A DNA stretch of 39,436 nucleotides from Sphaeroforma arctica JP610 (lineage: Eukaryota), in NCBI RefSeq assembly GCF_001186125.1, contig NW_014040467.1, positions 37,877 through 77,312 of the forward strand. The letters run 5' to 3'. Position numbers and translations under genes: made by a program. The notes under the pieces were generated by a model. The model searched no databases. It saw only the letters and a list, made by a program, of their open reading frames with translations, and was not told the origin of the DNA. This document shows positions 1 to 12,100 of the stretch, in pieces (position 1 is the first letter of the stretch; the number at the start of each line of letters is the position of its first letter).

Positions 1-67
1 AAAATGGAATTTGAACAAGGCGTCGTGATTTGTCCTTATTTTTTATCAATTGGACACTGCATTGCAG

Positions 68-3000
68 GAAATCAAGGAAGAGGCTCGTCAACACAAGGAA
101 GAGCGTAAGGTGTTACTGCTGGAGAAGAAGAAATTCGAGAAAGAGAAGGAGAAAGTTTCGTTTCACAAATCTTTGCAAGAGGCTAATTCAAAATTGGAAC
201 GGGAAGTGATCAAATACCAGAGCGATGCTAATACTTTACGAGAGAAATTGCGGCTTGCGAACGCGGCAGGTATGTTGGTAAATAGACTCTTGACCCGAGT
301 TTTAACCGTTTAATACAGCTTGGGACGAATGTGTTGCATCTGTACGTATACAATGCCCGTGTTGTGGCAGCCTACAGCATCGTAAGTCATTGTGCCCTGT
401 GAAGGGGACATGTTTGTTTTGGGTCTTTGGGAGGTGCGTGCATAAGCGGTGCTCTCGCATTAATAGCTTGTCTTCCTCTCCATGTCGGTATGGGATTGCA
501 ATAACAGCGTTGGCAACGAGCGAGGGGCAAGAAACGTCAGCACATGACAGTGGAAAAGTCGCTGCTATGACTGAGACGCATGCCGCATTGAAAAGCAAAG
601 TGGGCAATCTGGAAACGACAATTGCTGTATTGACGGAAGAAATCGATCCCCACCAAGTGACCATCGCTAAGAGTATCGAGGAACGACATAGTGCCGCCGC
701 TGCGAATGAAGAACTGCAAAGTCGGTACAATGAGCTCAGCCATGAATTTAACGCCTTGGTAGATCGTGACCCCGTTAGTACTGCCTCACGGGATGGGCTA
801 GTAGATAGTGATGGGCATCGAAAGCCAGATGTTCTCGCGTTGAAGAGAATTATTATGGAGCTTGAAACTCAATGCACACGATTGACGGCGCAGGTAGCCG
901 AGCTCAAATACGAAGCGACTGGCAGCAAACATCGAGGAGACGAGGTTGACATGTGGCAGTTAGACAGAGGGGATGTCATGGTCAATCCACCTCCCCCTGC
1001 GACGCATCACACGCACGTCAATAAGCATATCACCGACAGAGCTCATAGCGAAAGTCACGGTGTTGATTCTGAGCTGCTCGATATGGACCTCGATCTACAC
1101 AGGTGTGTACTATGTGTCACGGAATCACGCAATTTGTTGTCAAGCAGTTTATTTGTATCCGGACCGCTAATTTTTGTCCGATTTCAAACCGTTGAGGGGG
1201 TTTATACGCGCTAAACTGCAGGATAAAAAGCAAGAGTGTACAGATCGATCCACGAGTGAGAGGGTTGTTCTTGACCAAGGTTCTTTGTTTCGTCCGCTTA
1301 AATAACATTTTCCTCTTTTGTAGGCACGCGCTGAGACAACCTCACCAGAGTATCGGAATAATCGGTAGCGGACACGCGGACCCACAATCTGGCGTGAAGT
1401 TGCAGGTTGAAAGCCCTAGTAGTGATGAGAGTAATAGAGCACACCACGTGACATTGCTATCCTCAATCGCAGGGGCATCTCCATCCAAACACACGGAGAA
1501 AATGACCCCAAAGGCTCCAACAAGCATGCAAGAGTACCATCACATGCACCCTGAGCATATGCTCTCGCCCATTTCACCGCTAGGAGCAGCCATACTCCCG
1601 CTACACACCCCGGTGGCTGCACAACCTGTTCAGAGTCCCGCGCTGAAAGCGAATTCAGGCCTGCAGACGCACACAAGCATGCGCAGCCACGCCAGCAAGA
1701 ACAATAGTTTACATCACCACGACACATCGGGCGATGGCGATAAGCGTATGCGCAGGGTTTCTTTTGCTACCGACGATGGTTTAGATCTAACATCTGAGGA
1801 TGAGCTTAGTCACTCTGAATCAAATATGGATGCGGTAACTGCTTCTCGTACGCAGCCAATGCCGGCGGACAACGACGCATACACGGACGCGGATGATGGG
1901 CAAGTAGCTTGGACGACAGTCGCAATTGATCTGTCATCGAATCGGGGCGGCGCAGCTACTGTACTGGATGCAGAGACGGAAAGGGTAGTGGGTGCAGAGA
2001 AGCACATCCCCACCGCGTTCACAAATCTGGACAACGGCATTAGAATGCACGAACCATCGCCTTCAGTGCCTATGTCGCACCACGAGTTTAAGCTGAGACA
2101 CCCTTCTGTTGCGGTAGCTATATCACCAATGCCGCCTATGTGCGCTAGCCCCCGCAAGCCGCTCCGAGAAGAGAGTGTAAGGATTTCGGGTGCTGTAAGT
2201 CTGCGATCAGACACGCGCGTCCCTACGTCGCGAAATGCAGACTCGCAGAACGTGTCAGTGAGGATCCCGAAAGAGGCCGGAGTAAGAAAATCCAATTCGA
2301 AAGCAGCCCGAGGAAAGAGAACGAACAAAAGTATCAAGGCCAAGGCGATCAAAGCGGCCATGGCGAAAGTAGTAGAAGAAGAGCAGGCGATGATGCTGTT
2401 GAAGAAGCAGCCCCAGGCAGATACAACGAGTCAGCAGAATCATGCTAATACAGTACTTAGTCGAAGTGTAGTAGAAGGCGTACAGCATATTCCGTTGTCG
2501 CACAAGCAAATGGGTGCACACACAATCGCCATGAATACTGAAGATGGTACACACGCACACGCGAACGCAGACAACGTTCAACCTACCAGGCCAACTCCCA
2601 AACCACGCCCGGTGCCGAAACCAAGGCCGAAGGCTATGGTACTACGACCGGTGGTATTGACTGAGAAGCCTGTCCCTAAGCCACGTCCAAGACCAGCTGC
2701 AAGACCGCAAGATGCAATGTGTTCAACATCGCTAGCCTACGGAAACAGCAATACACAAAAGAGAAACGGTACAGATTCACAGACCCAGCAGGCTGTGCAG
2801 GGATCGTCAACATCAGTTTACCCAGATATTCACACGCGCAAGCGTGATGAGCCACGGACGCCGTCACGTGCTTCCAGTCAGAAGCAAGTAGTACCGTGGA
2901 GTGAATCAGCTAATTTAGAAACGGAAACAATAACAACATCAGTAGGGGAAACACCCCAAACAGATAGTAAGGCACCTAAAACATATGGTGCGAAATCGGC

Positions 3001-6000
3001 ATCTAGAGAAAAACATGCACAAATAAATAGTACGTCGACTGCGCGTGCCGATACGGAGTCGGGGACGCGTAGTCCGAAACAGGCATCTGGTGTATCGGTA
3101 GACATGACTTACAAGGCGAGTACCAGCCAGAATGCAACGCCAGCGCTTCTATTACGTGAGCTGTCGCACCTTTCCGATGAACACACTGTAGATCATAGCG
3201 GTGTGGGGAAGCCAGCATCAGAGAACCACACAAGTGTGCAGGAGGAGTTGCCGTGTGGACGGGAACCCCAAAGCCCGCGTATACAGCAGACTGATCCAGC
3301 GACGCCTATACCAGAACATTCTGAAGCACAACATGTACCAGGTAGTTCAATGCCTGCTGTCTCGAGAGATGCCGTAATGAGCAGTCCAAGTCGTGCGAAC
3401 CAAAAGCGCACGTACGAAGCGGCTGAGACCACACTCACAAGCTTCACAGCACTAACGAGTGCGATGCCGCCCGCCAGTTTATTGGATAGGACAGATGGGG
3501 AAAAGAATATTGGTGTCAGGCTGGCTGGAGATGTAGATGAGATCGCTACAGAGGATGTCGGTCAGAGGAGAAATCCACGGAAACGTGCGAAGAGAGCTTT
3601 GGGACGCAGCGACTCACCGCATGCGGCTGGGGCGCATTCGGCTGTGGAAGGTACAGAGGCGGGGGTGCAAAACATCGATACGCAGAGACGAGTCTACGGG
3701 CAAACAGAAGAAAATTTGCCAAGCAATACTCCCCCGGGAGCTGAATCAGCAGCATGTGACACGTCACGCAACTCTCGCATAAAGAACAGCCGCGGTACTT
3801 CTCATATTAACTCTCTGGCCCGGTCACGTATGGAGCTCTCGATTCAGTCATACATGTCAGTGGGCGCACATCAGTTGGGATCCTCTGGAAGTAGGCGGCG
3901 ACGTGTGCATGCTCAGGCGCAAGCGCACTCGGTAGTAAGAGGACTTGCAGTGTCCAGGTTACGCGAAGTGTATTCTGATAAGAGTCTCCAGGTTAGGGTA
4001 GACGTTCGCACGTTGCTAAACAAGGCCCAGCAAGCGATGTATCCATCAGTGTTTAATAAGGCCTTGACTGAGCTGAAGCATCTGCTGACGGCACAGGGCG
4101 CAACAGGATGGGTAGCACTAGGTATGTCTGTGTACTGTGGCTGATTTGTTTTGGCGGAAAGTCTTGGTTATAGCCACTACATTCTCAGGTGTATTCTGCA
4201 CACGACCTCCGCTCAGGCAATGGCAGTCGATATATGAGGCAGATCTGCGTGTTGTTCTTTACTAGTGAACGACACCTGTGTTCCTTAATTTATTTGGAAG
4301 TCATGTTGGGGTGAATTATTAGCTGGATTTGCCACAGTGGTCATCCCCCACACAGCGCTTGAACGAACAGAGTATTCTATTTTCCATGTGGGTTTTTCCC
4401 AACAGGAACAAATATACCGGCATTGCATCTAACGAATTACAGAATATACAGTCTATACTATTCTAATCTTTGTCTCTTACGTTCACCCATATCTGCTAAC
4501 CTCAACAGAGACAGAGCTGTTATCTTCTTGGCTCTCCTCAGCACGGGTGGCCGCTCGTACCGTTTGTAACGGACAAGCATCCTCACCAGTTCCGGTCAAG
4601 ACACACACCAAGCACAGGGAACCGAAAACTCACACGCCTTCATCCACGGAAAACGGCGGGACACTGGGAGAACGTGGACCCGGAGTACTGTCCCCCAGAC
4701 GCACGCGAAGTTGCAGGAAGAACCGCGTGACGTCGAGTAGCGTTGAGGATTCTTCTGCGCAACGGCGTGCTCACGAATCCGATTCCGAGGATGAAATGAG
4801 GCTCGACGTCGAGCCGGAGACGGTAGCTGAACAAGTATGCGGCTGCAGCCAGGACTGGTGCGCGTGTGCGGTGCTGCGAGATGTATCAGTGGACGATGCG
4901 TGGTTGGCGAAAGAGCCTGTGTCAGAGACAGACGACAGGCTCGCACGGCTAGCCACACACTTAAGCGAGTACTATCAGGCGTCCTTCGGTGAAATCGAAC
5001 GTGTTAACATGGATGAGGATTATGATACTATTACCGTGGGTGACAATAGAACTTCGGATGTAGCCCTCGCGAGTGAGATAGTAAGCGCATTGGTTGCTGA
5101 CGTCCCAACGCATAGCTACTCAGAGCGAGTGAGCTCACAGAATGGTGAGCAGCAAGTGGAAGCGGATAAACTTCAGACTAACGACCAAAACGAAAATTCA
5201 CCAAACAACCCGCGCAAAGGTTGCTTTACAAGCGATTGGATGCATGGTCTACTAGCTTCTCTGGCGGAGCACGTGCACACCCAAGCCGTTCACGCCAGCA
5301 GAGGTCTCTCGATTCCTGAGAGTCCGACAGGTGGCCCACATACATCGACGCGTAATGCACAAGGTGTACAACGCGATGAAGAAACGGTACAGGCATCAGA
5401 CGTGGTGGATAGCGATGCAGAGGCACTGGAGGATCTAACGGATCTGCACACATCAGCAGCGCTGAGCAGCTTGTATACAGTGCTTAGCGTAACGGACGCG
5501 GTCTCCCCCCAGCCTGCCTACACCCTGTGCAGCGACTTGGTTATGTCCACGCGTGTACATCCGAGTGTGTGCGCTGTTTTGTTCACGTATATATCACGTG
5601 CAGTGCCTTCGTTGCTACGAGTGGAACAGAGCACACAAAAGAGCAATGCTTCAGTTGAGAAAGATATGAATGGTACGGTGGATGCTGCAGATGTGATCGT
5701 AGTAGACCTGAACGATCAAACCATAGTGTCTACCACACTACAATGTGCGCTCTCCACACGCTTGGCCGACACTGGATTTGGTACGGGCGACTCGACGGGC
5801 CAAACCGTCAAGGAAAGGGCGGCTGCCAATGATAAGCACAAAAACGGGATCCGAGCAGACCATGCAGGCACACCTGAGCAGGCCTCGCGTTTGTCGGTTG
5901 GAAAGCTTAAGCATATATTTGCGCATTCTAGATTGGCGCATATGCGGTTGGTAACACACCGTGGGTGGCTGGACATCCGAAGCGCCGCGCAGATGACAGA

Positions 6001-6993
6001 GGAATGCGTGGAGTGGTGTATGGCACATCTCGGGGTATGCGAGGATAGCAACCCGCGTGGGGAAAGTTCAGTCGAGGGAGAAGCCACTGAAAACCGCATA
6101 TTCTTTAACCAAGTATACAACGCCGGTAACGATTCGCCGCTCGTGGTATTCGACGATCCAATGATGGTGGCCGGCCCACTTTTCCTGCTCCGGGTACTCT
6201 TCAAAACGATTGCGGATGCAAATAATACGCATGCATATCGGTACTTCTACGAGAACGTGGCTCGTGTTTGTGTGGACTCATACTCCCAATATCGCGCTGC
6301 ACGTCTAGGGCCGGGTGTCGGTGTTGCAGCTATTCTTATCCTGGGTAAGTTTCAACCATCCATATGTTTGAATGGCTCTTTGACTTCGAGCTTTGCTATG
6401 TGAGTATGAATGGGTCAATGTCAAATTCATCAACATTTGCTTTTTATCATTGTGTTTATGGTAATAATCGCTTGATATCTTGCTATCTCCCATATGCTCG
6501 CAGGTGTCGGCGGGGCGACATTCCGTGCTAAGTGCCTCAGTGCGAAGGATCGTAAGATGAGACAGGTACTTCTCGATCTGCTAAGTACAGTGATTCATCT
6601 CAACGATCCAGATCCGGGTATGTATTCAAGTTTCTTCCGCATGCGAGTGATCTTACACACCCACTGTCCCTTCAGATTTATGAATATGTGCTCCAAATCT
6701 TTACTCGTATAAATCAGTCGATGTACTAGCTGATACTGCAGTGCTCTGCGGAGGTACGTGAGTTCAGTGACAAAAGTTCCAAAGGCTTGTATGTCTTACC
6801 GATGTCGAAATAAGTAAATACCCTGCTCTCAATACGTTAAAATTTCTTAGCACAAGCTTCCTAATCTGCGAATATACATCTGCTCTTGTATTTGGCTGTT
6901 TCAGTGCCAGATCACCTACGGACGGCTGCTGCATGCGCACTTCTCGACTTGAATGGGATGTCTGACGGCACATGTTCCTTGGTAAACGGATAG
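68..6993 (+). CDS. Large multi-exon protein (5' end outside window): N-terminal coiled coil, long disordered Ser/Thr/Pro-rich middle, helical C-terminal domain; ICE1-like
   Basis: Exons join in frame at GT-AG sites: 68-269, 508-1102, ~1325-4121, 4542-6343, 6504-6617, optional 6742-6753, 6905-6993 (TAG). First exons are E/K/L-rich coiled coil. The middle has PKPRP repeats. Spliced C-terminus VAAILILG...LLSTVIHLNDPDP|VPDHLRTAAACALLDL resembles my recollection of the ICE1 C-terminus (IASILRLIG...IPWGIQLAAVYALCDL). Gene model well supported, family call tentative. Confidence 0.6.
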
Positions 6994-7688
6994 AAGAATA
7001 ATAGGTCAAAGGCGTTTGGATTGAGGATTACCTGTCTAAACTACGCATCGCGGCTCGTAAATATCACAAACGCTATAGCGGTCTTAGTACAACAGTTGCT
7101 GTTCTCAATATAGGCCTTCTAGATGAAATTTGGCTTTTGAATTGCTATTTAAAATGATAAAACAACACAAGGATACTGAACTGGAATTTGGGTACCATAG
7201 TGACTATCATACTTAAAGCATGAGTTGCCGTTGTAGTATATCACTTCTATCTATTCAATAGCGACACGGGCATGTTTGTTAGAGCTGAAAGAATAAAATC
7301 TACTATAGTTTAAGCCGATAAACAAATAATCTGGCGATATATTGATGGTTCAACCACCCAAATTAAGAGAGAAGACTTGAAGGGCATTCAATGACATTAC
7401 GACCTCTGTATCTGAGTTTCAGCCGTATACAGTAAGGTGCACCTGATAAAATATTCTACTCGGGAAATAGCGTATTGATGACTTTCAGATATACGTGACC
7501 GAATATTAAAAGGGACCCACGTACTAGTCGGTTGAAGTCTTCGTCTACCACATCGGAAAAAAATAATAGTACCTGATATAAGTTTGTTTGAGAATATTCT
7601 TCTATACATTATTTTAAGCAACGATCTTCACTGGAAGTATACTACTCTCACTTCGTATGGTAAAGCCTAAGAGTTGTTTATTTCAAAC

Positions 7689-8318
7689 CTAATAGTTGAA
7701 GTACTCTTGCTTGGTATAGCATGCAAATCCCTGCTTCTTAGGAAGGCTGTCCCCGATAAAGTGACTCCACAACTCGCAGCGATCGTTCGTACCAGTCTCG
7801 TATCCGGTGCACCATGAATTGCGATCACACTCTTTACGGCAATCAGGCCCGGAAAGTTTGGCTAGCTTGTAGTAGTCCTCGTCGTTGTCTTGTTTGCCTT
7901 TTGTTCCGCGGCAGGCACGGTGCTTTTCTACATCATATTCGTACTCGTCATAATGTGGCATCTCCGGGTAGTATGTTTCCTTTACATAGCACGAAAGATC
8001 GTGCATTCTCTCTAGTTCGTCGCCTATCTCGGAATTCCACAATTCACAGTGCTTATCCTTACCTGTCTCGTAACCTGTGCAGTGATTGTCTTCCTCGCAA
8101 TACTCGCGACATTGGCTGGGAGAAGCTCGGATTCGCTCGTAGTAACTGTCCTTGTTGTCATGCTTCCCATGTGTACCGCGACAGGCTTGATGTTTGTACA
8201 CCTCAAATTTATATCTGGGCGCTATGACAGATCTAGTCCCTCTGTCGCCAGCCGTGGGTGCAGCCAGGGCTAAGGACATAGTCTGAGCGGCAATGAGAGT
8301 GATAATGGAGGCTTTCAT
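7689..8318 (-). CDS. Secreted cysteine-rich protein with two tandem PAN/Apple-like domains
   Basis: Intronless 209-aa ORF with signal peptide MKASIITLIAAQTMSLALA and an RGTR possible processing site. Two repeats with a 90-aa period, each with 6 Cys: ACRG...CxxxCxxxxxCTGYETG...CELW...CY. Confidence 0.8.
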   Translation of the reverse strand: MKASIITLIAAQTMSLALAAPTAGDRGTRSVIAPRYKFEVYKHQACRGTHGKHDNKDSYYERIRASPSQCREYCEEDNHCTGYETGKDKHCELWNSEIGDELERMHDLSCYVKETYYPEMPHYDEYEYDVEKHRACRGTKGKQDNDEDYYKLAKLSGPDCRKECDRNSWCTGYETGTNDRCELWSHFIGDSLPKKQGFACYTKQEYFNY

Positions 8319-9187
8319 ATTGATTGGAAAATGGATGTTGATTGTGTGTTAGTTGAGTGTAGTGATTCTTGTACTGGTTTGGTCTTTCTTTTATACGCTG
8401 AGAGACGTGACATAGTGCTGATGATGCATATTTTAGTATATATTTTATTTTATTTTGTCTAAGTTTATTGCAGCAGACAGCAGAGTGCATACTGAAGTAT
8501 TTACATTTTACAAATTGGGAACAAGGATCAGAAAATTGCGAAGTCGGAGTATGTCGGTATATCCCGCCAATAATTATTATATGCAAAAGCGATGCTGAAA
8601 CTTGTCATGACGTCATAGATCATTCTGGTATGACCTTGTCGGTTTGTCCTCAAATCTCCATTGAAATCTCATTTTTAGATATATATAATAGATTTCATAG
8701 TCTCCTAAAAAAGACATATATTGACAAAATAACTACATTCATGTATTTTGTTGAAAACAAACAAACAAATATGTTCCCATCCAAACTATCAGACGATGCA
8801 TGTGGCGGAATATACGGGAGGCATCCATCTCGTCATTCAGATCTTGTATAGGTGCATATTGCATTGATAGATACGGGCTTCACCAGCGGAATTCGTCTAC
8901 TGACTCTGTTGATACATTTATCATCTGTGCGACTGCGAATGAATTGTAGATCGAGAACGCTCAGACAAATATAGTCATACAATAGCGCATATAATCTTTA
9001 TCGTGTACCAGCTTAGTTAACCCTGTTTACTTCACATACAAGTGGGTATATGAGTACTCAGATAACAGCGGTATGTCGCCCGAACAGTCTGTGTTGATTT
9101 TGAGTGAGCATCATCAACGCTAAACATTTTAATCATTTTGCTCCCAGTCAGAAGATACACGGTAGTGATAGCAGGGCTGATAGTATA

Positions 9188-12100
9188 TTATTCACTCCCA
9201 TCTATAACCAATTCTTGTAATAGGGGCGATCCGAGGCTCATTTGTAGTTTTGGAGACTGAACCTTTTCAATAGATGGTAATACCGGGGTAGACGGCTGCG
9301 ACAAATGACTGGGTAGTCTCGAAAGCCCCTTCCTAGGAAGAAGCTGTTCTCGTGTGTGAGCACTGCCATTAGTGTATGGCTGGATTTGTGTGTGCGCCTG
9401 TATATTTGCATTTATGTTCAGATTGCTGACGCCCACACGGGCATTGTATTGATGTGATAGAAGCGCCGTGGGGGTTGCCGGCTGTGAATGAGTACGTACA
9501 AGCTTCGTGCGCTCACCACCACTCCCCGTCGCACCCCTACCTCGAGGTGTCATCATGGGAGTATTTGTCGGCGTGGCATTAGGCGTATTGCCAGGTGTGT
9601 ATTGCTGTTTGAAGTTGAGTAGATCTCTCATCCGTTGATAAGGATTTTTGGGAGGCAAGTTATGTCTACCCCATATCTTCAGCTTCAAATCTTCGTATAG
9701 TTTTGGATGGTCGGCTTTGAAGCGGGTAAGAGTCCAAGAACTGGCCATCCTGTGGATGTCAGTATTTGAAAATTCATTGAGTTTCAAGTTGAAAATTTTG
9801 TGCAACGCAAATGTCAGGCATGTCACGTTTCTCACAACACAAGCAGAAAATCCAAATTCGTATATGCGAGGAGGCAAAGATTCACCCTACAAGCTCAGAA
9901 CAATTCTGGCACATCATAAGGCACAAAACTTGCGCAACCGAAATGTAGTGCCAGAGCTTACACTTACATTATACGTAAATCAGACGAGAGTATAAAACGA
10001 TGTCATTCAGTAGAGCGCATATATATGCCCCCATCTTATAAAAGGATCAATATACACATCAGGAAATACATATACATACCAGGCAATGACTGGATCATTA
10101 GATGTTGTGAGTGGTTTGAAGACCTTGAATCCCCCCATTTTCTCGAACATGGCTTTTCCGGGTGAGCAAGCGATTGAAAGAATCAGCAATGCCGCTCTAT
10201 GTGCCCATGTGCGTCTGTCGCACACCTTGATATCATGCGCTTGCTTGCGGTGGCTACAAAGAGAGTACAACAGGCACTGTCAGACCAAGTGTCATCGCAA
10301 TGCAATAAAACTTGAAATCATGCCATGACACACAATATGCATACAGAGATCGTAGCTCAATTGTGCAATGCAATGTTTTATATACTGCTAAGTTTTATGT
10401 GAAATACCCACACTCCATGTACATCATAGCAAAGTATATAACGTGTTTGTGGTTGTAAGGATCTTGCAAAACACAGTTGACCTGCCTTCACAAATCAAGC
10501 ATGAAGCAAACGGGGGTACTTAACGCTTTCAAAAGTAACACCTACCTTCCGATGCCTAAAACCACATTAACAAATGCTGTATCGCACAACTTGGCATGGA
10601 CGGCCGAGATGGTACCCTCCCCCTCAAATATTCCGTGCCAGCGTTCGAAGTGTCGACTATTGGTCACGGCTGCTCTTACGCACAAATGAAGATAGTAGAG
10701 AATAGAACCATATACGGTGGTAAAGTTGTATAAGAGGCGCTTCAGATCTATTCCTAAGAATAACTACTCATACCCCTCTGTGTGTTTCTGGAACGAAAGT
10801 ACGACCTCACATGATAGCATCTAGGGAATGTCAGTACTAGAATATACACCAACTCCTCTCAGTAGTCTCCAAAAACACCCTCTGGAGTTCAGAGCAACAT
10901 GCACACCGTAATACAACTCTACATCCATGCACTAAGTATACCCCAGGACACTAATTCTGCCACTGCCAAACGTGATCTACTCACGTGTATAAGTCGTAAC
11001 GTAAATGAGAAAGTGTGACAATTGTTAAGGAATCAGCCTATGAAAGGGGCACACAAGCTACCGATTAATTATTGTGGAAACGTTTTTTATACGTATAAAA
11101 CTTTTTTTATACATACAAAACCAAATGTACACATTCAAATTAGGGCAATATCCAATAACACATACCGGCTGGAACATAGGCTATACTAACGAACGCTTCC
11201 ACACAGAATGTTTGAGTTAGGATATCATTCTGGACATGTGCACGCAGCGGTTTTGTTCGCTTGGCCACCCACTTCAGCACTGCTTCTCGAGTGACATCGC
11301 TACGGATATTATGCCGATCCTAAGTGGTGTGTATAGGAAATTCGTGAGGTTCTCTTGCCAATAGTGAAGTTTGAATGACCAGAGGAAGAAAGTTTCCATA
11401 CGATAGGAACTTGAAAAGACGCCTCCATCTGGTCGAACAAGCGAGCTTAAACGGTGATCTGGTGGTCATTGACCTTGTTGCAACAGAAGACTAGGCACAA
11501 AATCAGCACCTATTTGTAAGTGGGAATATGCAAACATATACGTTCGCACACATGCATGGTTGACCAGAACGAAGGAAGTTTGCATACGATAGACAATTGG
11601 AAAAGACACCTTCCCGTGATCGGAATAGTGAGATTTCACAGTCTAGCTGATGGTCACTGATATTGCTGCGACAGAGGACCTGAAAAAAAAAAGCGGCGCC
11701 TATCTGAAGGTGTGAATATGCAAACAAATATTTACGTATACAATGGTTGTAGCTAAGCCAAAACAGAATATCAACAACCATTTAATGGTGTTTGGCAAAC
11801 TCCACACGCAAAACACTCACATGTACTGATCCCCGTACTCACGGATTCTACCGCGCTGATGCAAGGGCCGCATCATCCACAACAAACAGAACGCATGAAA
11901 TACCCGCTTGTGCATTACCTTGTGTACGTATATGAGCGATACATTCTTCAAAGCCATAGCGTAGCCACGGGCGGTGTTGCGAATCGCTTTTGTACACGCC
12001 TATGGCAATCAACGAGAAGAGGCAAACAATACTTAGCTTGTTTGTGGTGGATGGGTGATTGGTGCCGGAGACCACGAACAAACTGTTGGCCGTCATCGAC

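Noticed and set aside
302..6204. Many antisense and alternate-frame ORFs
   Set aside because: Shadows of the long + strand exons.
6982..7158. 23-nt intron extending gene 1 by ~50 codons
   Set aside because: Far shorter than the other introns here and lacking a pyrimidine tract. The stop at 6993 is simpler.
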